Assembly: GCF_006345805.1 (NCBI RefSeq)
Contig: NW_021827677.1
Location: 1-10,052, forward strand
Direction: 5' to 3'
DNA: 10,052 nucleotides
Origin: Octopus sinensis
Lineage: Eukaryota
In this document: positions 1 to 7,995 of the stretch, piece by piece
Layout: every line of letters starts with the position of its first letter
Numbering within the stretch: the stretch's first letter is position 1
Notes under the pieces: generated by a model
Database searches by the model: none
The model's input: only the letters and a program-made list of their open reading frames with translations
What the model was told of the DNA's origin: nothing
Translations under genes and position numbers: made by a program

Positions 1-311
1 GAGAAGGGGGGGGGGTGAAAGCAGTGGAATTGGTACCAGTACTGGTTCTGGTGTTGCCGTTGTTGTTGATCTTGTTCTTGTTGATGGAAATTGCATGAGG
101 TTAGCGGTGGTGGTGATGGTGGTGGTAAAAATTGCGTTGGTAGTAAAAGTTGTAGTGAAGTTTGTGGTGGTGACGATGGCTGATGGCGGTGGCGTTGAAG
201 CTAATGGTGGCGGCGGTGGTTTGCAGCTGTGGGGAGGGTGGGTGGTTTAAAGTGAGGTTGGTATTGGTAAGTTGTGTTGCTGTTGCTATTATCGTTGTAA
301 TTATTATTATT

Positions 312-356
<45 letters not shown>

Positions 357-1030
357 GGTGGTGGTACAAGCAATGATCGCCACCGCGCCGCTGGCGGTCA
401 TAGTGGCGATCGATGTGGTGGTAGCAGAGGCGGCGGCAGCAATGGTGTGGAAGCGGTGTGACAGCGGTGTGGCAGCGTCGGCGATGGCAGTGGTGGTGGT
501 GGTGGTGGTGTTGGTGGTATGTGGTCTTGGTGATAGTGGTACTAATGAATGTAATAAAATAAGTGATTGCAGAGGTGGTAGTGGTGGTGGTGGTTGTGGT
601 GGCAGATTTGGCGGCGGCGGTATCTATGATATATGTAGCAGTTACCGTTGACGAGTAGTTGGGCGGTGGCCGTTGAGTGTAGCGGTGAAGTAGGAGAGGA
701 GGCTTGCGGTAATTAAAATGGCGATAGTGTTTGGTGTGACGGCGGCAACAGTCATGGTGTTGATGATAAACGGTAATGGCGCTGACATTGGTATTGGTCG
801 TAACGCTGGTTCTAGTTATGTGCGGGGTTGGACCTGGCGTGACTGTTGACGCTGACTCTAGTGATAGCGATTGACCGATTGCGCCTCTGGTCGTGGCGGT
901 GATAGGAGCGGCGGCGCGGCGGCGGCGGCGGTGGCGGCTAGCGGTGGTGGTGATGGTGATGGCGGTGGCACTACTGCTGATGCTACTACTTCAACTGTCA
1001 TTGATGCTGGTGTTGATGTAGGTGTTGGCG
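1..1030. repeat. Degenerate GGT/GTT/GGC trinucleotide low-complexity region
   Basis: Runs of (TAT)n, (TGT)n and (TGG)n at 299-365, (GGT)n at 490-520, (GGC)n at 909-937. ORFs in all frames are homopolymeric amino-acid runs. Confidence 0.9.
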
Positions 1031-1375
1031 ATGCATTGTAACACGCTTTCTTTATGGTTATTTCAAATCTCTCGGACGAAGCGACAATAAAGACCAAAGC
1101 GATTGCTCTTACATATAGATATACAATTTCGATTAGCATAATACATAATAAATAAAGGTTCAAGAGTTCTGTTGGTGCCAATTCTGAGACTCAATCGCAA
1201 ACAATATATTAATTATTACTTCAGTTATTATTTTTTTAATTATTTATTCATCTATTTTCTGCTTGTCTGATCTGATTTTATCTCTTAGATGTTACAAGTA
1301 TAGTAAGTTATTGTGGGAAATGAACGGCTCTGATAGCATAAATAGTAGAGAAGAGCTAAGAGAGACTATACGACT

Positions 1376-1711
1376 ATGCCTCTCACTATCTTCTCTTTCT
1401 CTCTCTCCCCTTTATTACTTCCTTTCCATCTCTCTTTCCCACCAGCATCTCTCCTAGTTCTCTCTCTCCCACTTTCTCATCCCCCACTCTTCCCTCTCCT
1501 ATTCCACTCTCTTCTTTTATCCTTTTCTCCTTCTACTCCTCTGCTCTTCTCTCTTCCCCTCTCTTCTCCTATTTCTCCCTTTCCCTTCTCCTCTCTCCCG
1601 GTCTTTACTCACTCAGTTTCCTTGACTTTTCCTCTCTCTTCCTCCTTCTCTCTCTTCTCCTTCTCTCACCATTTCCCCTCTTTCTCTTCCTAACCTTCCT
1701 CTCTTTGTCTC

Positions 1712-1712
<1 letters not shown>
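1376..1712. repeat. CT-rich polypyrimidine low-complexity tract
   Basis: About 335 bp almost entirely C/T on the + strand. Confidence 0.9.

Positions 1713-1805
<93 letters not shown>
1713..1805. repeat. Compound microsatellite (CTAT)n-(AT)n
   Basis: Read directly: CTAT array to ~1772, then AT array to 1805. Confidence 0.97.
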
Positions 1806-1806
<1 letters not shown>

Positions 1807-1969
1807 TATTGTCTTAGTGACTTACAGTCGCTGTAAACACTGGTTTTTCTACCATGTTGTATCAACTACTGTAACATATTACAGTTCTATATTTAAGAGA
1901 TGAGGAATTATGTACTTTATTTACATTATTTACATTCGACGGATATTTGTCCTCATCTTGTTTGTTGTT

Positions 1970-2010
1970 AGCACAACGTTTCGGCTGATATACCCTCCAG
2001 CCTTCTTCAG
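1970..2010 (-). ncRNA. Hammerhead ribozyme core, inverted copy lacking the 5' strand of helix I
   Basis: Minus strand reads CTGAAGA-A-GGCTG-gagggtatat-CAGCC-GAAA-CG-TT-GTGCT, with a perfect 5-bp helix II. Confidence 0.5.
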
Positions 2011-2028
2011 GGTTCGAAATTTTCCCAG

Positions 2029-2074
2029 GATACCTGAAGAAGGATGGAGGGTATATCAGCCGAAACGTTTTGTT
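2029..2074 (+). ncRNA. Degenerate minimal type-I hammerhead ribozyme motif
   Basis: GATAC-CTGAAGA-A-GGATG-gagggtatat-CAGCC-GAAA-CG-TT-TTGTT. Core CUGANGA and GAAA..UH are present; helix II has one mismatch, helix I is imperfect, and helix III is reduced to the palindrome ACGU. Confidence 0.55.
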
Positions 2075-2161
2075 AACAACAAACAAGAAGAGGACAAATA
2101 TCCGTCGAATGTAAATAATGTACTGTGACATGAATCATATAGAAAGTGGACACGCACTTTC

Positions 2162-2310
2162 ATCGTTAAAACGTTGGATACAATGCCTTGTGGTAATTGA
2201 TCCGATTCTCTGTACTCTAAGTTGAAATCCCGCTGAGGTCAATTTCACTTTCATACATTGGAAGTTGATGAAAATAAAGGTACCAACTCAAGTTGGGGAA
2301 TTAACTTACC
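2162..2310 (+). mobile_element. Diverged tRNA-derived SINE fragment (family B)
   Basis: ATCGTTAAAACGTTGGA...AAGTTGAAATCCCGCTGAGGTCAATTTCACTTTCAT...GATGAAAATAAAGGTACCA aligns by eye to the copies at 7116-7327 and 7476-7662. Confidence 0.7.
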
Positions 2311-2478
2311 TGTTAGAGCGTTTGACACCATACGAATGATGGTGACATCATATCTGCTGTTGATGACTTTTTTTACCAACAAGATGAAATCTTCTTTATT
2401 TCATTATATTAGCCAGAAGGCCTTACACAGAGAAAGGAAGCAAGATGAAAGAAAGAAAGATGAAAGCTTCCTTACAGT

Positions 2479-2526
2479 GGGACAGTGTAGATGTATTTGA
2501 AAGGGACAATGTAGGTGTGTTTGAAA
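2479..2526. repeat. 24-bp tandem duplication
   Basis: GGGACAGTGTAGATGTATTTGAAA / GGGACAATGTAGGTGTGTTTGAAA (3 transitions). Confidence 0.85.
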
Positions 2527-2976
2527 TAAAAAATAGTCTTTTACGATAACATGGTGAACTAGGTCAGTTTAAGCTACCACTACTAAAATGTAAACTTTTT
2601 TGAACTTATAATATTCTCTGTGTGTATATATATATATACAGATACAATACCAATATCCCATTGAAATTTTTAATAATTCCATCTGGAAACTACCTTTAAC
2701 ATTTTCGTGAGAATGTATATATATGTTGTAATCTTTTGAACCCAATATTTTAATGAACTTGTTAAACTATTTTACATTTTCCCAAGATTTTCCCTTGTAA
2801 GCTGTTCTTAACATGTCCTTATTATCAAGGAATGTATATGTAAATTGTAATATTTTGTGACAACCAGTACCTAACACAACCAAGCTTTTACATGTTACTT
2901 TTGACAATCTTTTTCTAAAAAAAGGGAAACCGGTAAAGTAAATAAACATCTTTTAAAATTGCATTTTCAAGCCTTC

Positions 2977-2980
<4 letters not shown>

Positions 2981-3018
<38 letters not shown>

Positions 3019-3045
3019 CGAGAGGAGAGAGAGAGAGAGGAGAGG

Positions 3046-3141
<96 letters not shown>
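2981..3141. repeat. Compound microsatellite (AT)n-(GA)n-(GATA)n
   Basis: Read directly from the sequence. Confidence 0.97.
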
Positions 3142-3142
<1 letters not shown>

Positions 3143-3281
3143 TATACGATGGGCATCTTTCAGTTTCCGTCAACCAAATCCACTCACAAAGCGTTGATCG
3201 GACTGAGGCAATAGTAGAAGACACTGACCCAAGGTGCCACGCAGTTGGACTGAACCCGCAATCATGTGGTTGGGAAGCAAG
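3141..3281 (-). mobile_element. tRNA-derived SINE family A, partial copy (no A box, no 3' half)
   Basis: Reverse complement matches ~4686-4825 (CTTGCTT..AACCACATG..GGTTCAGTCC..CACCTTGGG..GTGAGTGGATTTG..GACGGAAACTGAAAGA). Confidence 0.88.
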
Positions 3282-3416
3282 TCAGTCTTTGGGCTCTTTT
3301 AATGGCTACACTACATTCGAAAGATTACTTTGTCGTTTGTAGAACATATATCCATACATACATACATACACACACATGTATATATATATATATGTATATA
3401 CAGATTATGTTATATA

Positions 3417-3490
3417 GATATGTTTCTTATTAGCCACACAGGGCTGCACACAGATAGAACAAATTACAAGGTAGAGCTTTCTTTTGAAGG

Positions 3491-3527
<37 letters not shown>

Positions 3528-4572
3528 AAGGGGGAGGTTCGATCAAAAGGGATCGTAAAAGGAGAGAAAGAGGACAAAAATAAGGGGGTTAAAAAAAAAA
3601 AAAAAAAAAAAGGGGGGGGGGGAGAAAAAAAAAAAATGATCAATAGGGATCGTTATCACAGAAATGTCAATATGAAGTGTAAAGGGGAGGACAGGTGAGG
3701 TTACCAGTGGAAAGAAAAGCCTGCGGAAAAGACCACGGTAACCTCGGTCAATGAAGTCACATTTTATATTTCTTTTTTTTTTTTTTTTTTTTTTGCAAAT
3801 AAGCAACTCTCTGTTTTCGATTTCTGGGTTCATAGGACTATGCTCAAGGTGGCTTCGTCATTCATACGTGCCATTCTTGCTACATTCACCCATCTTTTTT
3901 TAAAACATTCGCTAGACAAAACTTGCCTCTCTACTGACAATATTGACGATAGACTCAGCTGATAAACCGACTCGTCCCACACGTGACAGCAGTTGTTCGA
4001 CATAAGCCCACAGGTCGGAAATTGTTGGACACTGAACGAGTGCGTGCAGAACGGTTTCGTCGCTCTGACCGCATCTCGGCAGGTCGGCCCCGTGTTCTCG
4101 AGCCGTGTCTGTAGAGCTTATCCCGAACGGGTAGCGCTTCTCGGTAGCACTGCCAGGCCAGGGATCTCTGGAAGTTGTCCATGGGCCCTGGCCCGAAAGT
4201 CGTCCCGAACAGGCGGGTCAGGTACCCTCGTCGACGTCCAGGTTCGCCCCGAGCTCGTCGTCGTACCTCCCCTCCACTAAACCCCTATAGAATGCTTTGG
4301 TTGTGGGTTGAAGTCCCTAAGGTCGACCCAGGACGGCAGAGGTGCTTGAGAGCAACGCGACACTCGCGGTGCCATCGCCCTTCCTCGGCCTCTTTTGATC
4401 CACGACTGCAGTTCGGTCATGGAGACGAGCTGCGGGAAAAGCGGCCTCACAAACGGCGACCACACCTGTTCACCGTCGTCTACATAGAGCCAGAGATGTC
4501 GCAGTCTCAGCGCGTGTCTGCCATCATCAACCACGGCATGCCCAGCCCTCCTTTTAACGGGTGTTGACAGAA
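3417..4572 (-). mobile_element. 5'-truncated non-LTR retrotransposon (L1/Tx1 clade): ORF2 C-terminus plus 3' UTR
   Basis: Frameshift-joined translation contains the post-RT KGGLGMP motif and a zf-RVT-like region (NFQRSLAWQCYREALPVRDKL...C[P]RCGQSDETVLHALVQC, a Cx2Cx8Hx4C motif). It is followed by a homopolymer-rich 3' UTR ending ...GGCTAATAAGAAACATATC. Confidence 0.85.
3830..4570 (-). pseudogene. LINE ORF2 remnant (post-RT region and CCHC zinc finger), multiply frameshifted
   Basis: CQHPLKGGLGMPWLMM/RHALRLRHLWLYVDDGEQVWSPFV.../TTKAFYRGLVEG.../YLTRLFGTTFGPGPMDNFQRSLAWQCY.../RCGQSDETVLHALVQCPTISDLWAYVEQLL.../VERQVLSSECFKKRWVNVARMARMNDEATLSIVL*. Stop codon at 3830-3832. Confidence 0.85.
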
Positions 4573-4573
4573 A

Positions 4574-4582
4574 GATAGATAG

Positions 4583-4655
<73 letters not shown>
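4574..4655. repeat. (GATA)n microsatellite
   Basis: Read directly; lies between the LINE 5' junction and the SINE head. Confidence 0.97.
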
Positions 4656-4657
4656 TA

Positions 4658-5078
4658 GGCGTAGGAGTGGCTGTGTGGTAAGTAGCTTGCTTACGAACCA
4701 CATGGTTCCAGGTTCAGTCCCACTGCGTTGCACCTTGGGCAAGTGTGTTCTACTGTAGACTCGGGCAGACCAAAGCCTTGTGAGTGGATTTGATAGACGG
4801 AAACTGAAAGAAGCCCGTCCTATATATGTATATACATATATGCATGTGTGTGTATAAGTTTGTGTGTCTGTGTTTGTCTCCCCACACAATATCACTTGAC
4901 AACCGATGCTGGTGTGCTTACGTCCCTGCAACTTAGCCGTTTGGCAAAAGAGCCCGATAGAATAAGTACTAGGCTTACAAAGAATAAGTCCTGGGGTTGA
5001 TTTACTCGACTAAATGTGGTGCTCCAGCATGGCTACAGTGAAATGACTGAAACAAGTAAAAGAGTGTAAAAGAGAGAG
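4658..5078 (+). mobile_element. Full-length tRNA-derived SINE family A
   Basis: Pol III A box TGGCTGTGTGG (4668-4678) and B box GGTTCAGTCCC (4711-4721), a CCTTGGGCAAG core-like motif, an internal (TA)/(TG) tract and a GTAAAAGA(G)-type tail. Two further copies occur in the window. Confidence 0.9.
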
Positions 5079-5105
5079 TATATATATAGATATATATATA
5101 TATAT

Positions 5106-5310
5106 ATAATATGAATAAAAAATGGAGTTAACGCAGGTTTAAACCTGCGTTAACTCCATTTTTATTCATATTATTCAAAATATTCAACGTAAACACGAAG
5201 TTTCAACCTTTATAAACAAGGAGTTACAACATCTTTGCTTGTGAGATTTTGCTGCCCCTGGTAACTATGTATTATTTTTCCGTGTTAATTGTTAACAAGG
5301 TAAAAAATAC
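5106..5310. repeat. Segment with a foldback palindrome at each end (probable retroelement remnant)
   Basis: Spacerless palindrome 5106-5174 (perfect over 5118-5163) and imperfect hairpin 5269-5310, flanked by (TA)n on both sides. Confidence 0.75.
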
Positions 5311-5502
5311 ACTCATCTATTTATATATATATATATATATATAAATATATATTAATCAGCCGAATTGCTAAGATGATCTGGTTCTTGACTGATGACTGAG
5401 GGCTTCGAATGTCCCGTCCTGTGGTTCTTGTGTCGTCTAGTCTGGTGGTGTTTCATGTTCTTGTCCATGTCTGTAATAATTTTACTGTTACTTTACTATC
5501 TA

Positions 5503-5529
5503 ATATATATATATATATATATATATTAT

Positions 5530-5561
<32 letters not shown>

Positions 5562-5632
5562 CTATATCTATATATATATTTATATATATATATATATGTA
5601 TATATATACATATATATCCATTATATATATAC
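5503..5632. repeat. Interrupted (TA)n microsatellite
   Basis: Read directly from the sequence. Confidence 0.95.
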
Positions 5633-6239
5633 ATAGTAGTTGTTAGTTAGTTAGTAGATTCAAATCACCGCCAGCAGCAACGAATGGTAAATAGACTAGC
5701 TCGCAGAACAGACAAATAGTAGAAACTTGAAGCAGTTACATGATATGTCCAACGGAAATACGATTTACCAATAAGCCATTAAGTTTTGGCAGCTGCTTCC
5801 TTTCACGTGTACAGTACACATGTTTATACGCGCATGTGTATAAGTGTGTTCATGTGTATAACATAATGGCATATAGTGACTCTATACATGCAGATCGGTC
5901 CGGCCTATTTACGAACGTTTGTGAATGTTGGTGAGTGTTTTGATTTCGCCTTTTAAGAAAATTGATGTGTTTTAGTTTCTTTTGTTCGTTGTTTTTTCTT
6001 TCTTTTTTTTCTTTTTTCTTTTTTTTTTTTGCTAATCACATCAACAATTAACACCTATATTTTAGTGAACGGAAGGAAAATGAAAATGTGTGACGTTCAT
6101 ACAGTACAGATAATTCTAAAGGTTTAAGGCGAAAACAGATGGTTTCCAACCTCCAAATGGAACTTTCATTACAAAATCGGTGCTACTGAAAATACATACT
6201 TCGGTCAATGGCACTGGTTGCTTGTACTGCTGACACTGC

Positions 6240-6762
6240 TGATGGTGGTGGCGGTGGTTGTTGTAGGTGGTGGTGGTGGTGGTGGTGGTGGTGGTGATGG
6301 TGGTGATGGCGGTGGTGGTGGTGGTGATGGTTGTGGGAGTGGTGGTGGTAGGACTGGTGGGAGTGGAGGTAGGAGTGGTAGTGGTGGTAGTGGTGGTGGT
6401 GGTGGTAGGACTGGTGGGAGTGGTGGTAGGAGTGGTAGTGGTGGTAGTGGTGGTGGTGGTGGTGGTTTGTGTTGGTAGTGGGAGTGGGAGTGGTGGTGGT
6501 GGGAGTGGGGGGTAAGGTGGTTCGTCGTCGTCGTCGTCGTGTAGCTGGTGGTATCAATGGCGGCGGCGGCGATGGTAGCGAGGCGACAAGTCTTGAGGCT
6601 CCAATGATGGTGGTGGTGATGAAGGTAGTGGTGACGCTAGTGATAGGAAGAATGCAGTGGTAGTGTTTGTAGTGGTGGTTGTGGTGGTGGTGGTGGTGAT
6701 GTATCTGCTGCTGCTGCTTGCGCTTGTTGTGGTGGCGGTAGTGGCGGCGGCGGTGATAATGG
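6240..6762. repeat. Degenerate (GGT)n low-complexity region containing a 57-bp tandem duplication
   Basis: (GGT)n runs. Units 6341-6397 and 6398-6454 differ at one base. Confidence 0.9.
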
Positions 6763-6916
6763 TACTTACTCTCTTGTCAACATTCATCGAGTTCATTTAT
6801 GATGAAAGGTGTTTCAGTCATAGCTATTACGTATTTTGCTGGCTGCCTTCGATCGTTTTATCTTCAGCGTTAAGATGGATTCTGTTATTTCTACCAAATC
6901 GAGAGACCATGCACAT

Positions 6917-7063
6917 CAATCATGGGCAACCTGCGGCCCACGGGATTCTCTTAATGGCACACCTCAAGGAAAACTACCTTGAATTTCTTTTAATAGTGCA
7001 GCTCGCCAAATGATGATCCGTGTCTCATGTGACCCGCTTCTCCAAAAACGCTACTCGTGCTTT
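6917..7063. mobile_element. Probable old hAT-superfamily MITE
   Basis: Left end CAATCATGGGCAACCTGCGGCCCACGGG resembles hAT (Charlie/Buster-type) termini. Right end ATGTGACCCGCTTCTCCAAAAACGCTACTCGTGCTTT is a transition-degraded inverse. No clean 8-bp TSD. Confidence 0.45.
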
Positions 7064-7115
7064 ATGTAATGGCTACTTTGTTGGCTAAATCAATTTGATT
7101 ATTGCTGGGGCTCAA

Positions 7116-7327
7116 AGCGACGAGCTGGCAGAATCGTTAGCACGTCGGGCGAAATGCTTAGCAGTATTTTGTCCGTCTTTGCGTTCTGAGTTCAAATTCC
7201 GCCGAGGTTGACTTTGCCTTTCATCCTTTCGGGGGTCGATATATTACGTACCAGTTGAGTACTGGAGTCAATATAATCGACCACCCACTGCCCTCAAATT
7301 TTAGGCCTTGTGCCTTTAGCAGAAAGG
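7116..7327 (+). mobile_element. tRNA-derived SINE family B, full-length copy 1
   Basis: Head GAGCTGGCAGAATCGTTAGCA (A-box-like), GAGTTCAAATTCC (B box), body GCCTTTCATCCTTTCGGGGGTCGAT, then an (ATT)n tail. Confidence 0.9.
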
Positions 7328-7419
<92 letters not shown>

Positions 7420-7422
7420 CAC

Positions 7423-7464
<42 letters not shown>

Positions 7465-7472
7465 TATTATTA
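7328..7472. repeat. Compound microsatellite (ATT)n-(ATCATT)n-(ATC)n-(ATT)n, the SINE tail
   Basis: Read directly from the sequence. Confidence 0.95.
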
Positions 7473-7475
7473 CTG

Positions 7476-7662
7476 AGGCGGCAAGTTGGCTGAATCGTTA
7501 GCACGTCGGGCGAAATGGTTAGCGGTATTTCACCCGTCTTTACGTTCTGAATTCAAATTCCACCGAGGTCTACTTTGCCTTTCATCCTTTCGGGGTCGAT
7601 AAATTAAGTACCAATTGCGTACGGGGGTCGATATAATGGACTATCCCCCTACCCTCAAATTT
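7476..7662 (+). mobile_element. SINE family B copy 2 (3' end lost)
   Basis: Colinear with 7116-7303, up to CCCTCAAATTT. Confidence 0.9.
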
Positions 7663-7789
7663 GGTGATGTAGCATTAGCGGTTGTCATGGAGGAGAAAGT
7701 ACACCATTCCTCATGCACCGGTTCACACGCTGTTGACTTTAGATTTTAAAAAACACTGATCAAATAGCAACATTATAAACAGCTTATTT

Positions 7790-7995
7790 AAGGCAGGAGC
7801 TGGCTGAATCATTAGCACGCCGGACAAAATGTGTATCGGCATTTCGACCGTCTTTACGCTACGAGTTCAAATGCCACCCAGGTCGACATTGCTTTCATAA
7901 TTCCAGCATCGATAAAATAAGTACCAATTGAACACTTTGGTTGATGTAATCTAATCCCGTAATATTGCTATCCTTAGCTTTGCAACCATTATTAA
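7790..7995 (+). mobile_element. SINE family B copy 3 (more diverged)
   Basis: GGCAGGAGCTGGCTGAATCATTAGCACGCCGGACAAAATG...GAGTTCAAATGCC...CGATAAAATAAGTACCAATTGA, followed by a short ATT tail. Confidence 0.85.

Larger units (their letters stand above)
1880..2122. mobile_element. Penelope-like element (PLE) terminal-repeat remnant arranged as an inverted repeat
   Basis: Arms 1922-2011 and 2033-2122 (90 bp, 4 mismatches, 21-bp spacer). Each arm carries CTGAAGA-stem-GAAACGTT hammerhead-like cores. Inverted, truncated terminal repeats with minimal hammerheads are characteristic of PLEs. The left boundary (~1880) is approximate. Confidence 0.7.

Noticed and set aside
101-1181. Gly/Val/Thr/His-rich ORFs as structural-protein genes
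   Set aside because: Open in several frames on both strands simply because GGT-type repeats lack stops. No consistent frame, signal peptide or splice support.
1862-2131. Near-identical ORFs on opposite strands
   Set aside because: A direct consequence of the inverted repeat; not coding.
3494-3640. Poly(A) runs as retrocopy tails, or a Lys-rich ORF
   Set aside because: They are U-rich tracts within the minus-strand LINE 3' UTR, and homopolymer lengths may be unreliable.
3993-4567. Plus-strand ORFs of 95 and 130 aa
   Set aside because: Antisense shadows of the GC-rich LINE ORF2.
4658-4730. tRNA gene
   Set aside because: A/B boxes are present, but there is no cloverleaf and the sequence continues into a SINE body repeated elsewhere in the window.
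6183-7013. His-rich / Gly-rich ORFs (e.g. beak- or cuticle-like proteins)
   Set aside because: Same trinucleotide low-complexity artefact, with no codon-level or motif evidence of a real protein.
7116-7995. CRISPR-like or satellite array
   Set aside because: Units are ~200-bp diverged SINE copies with Pol III boxes, in a eukaryotic context with no cas genes.
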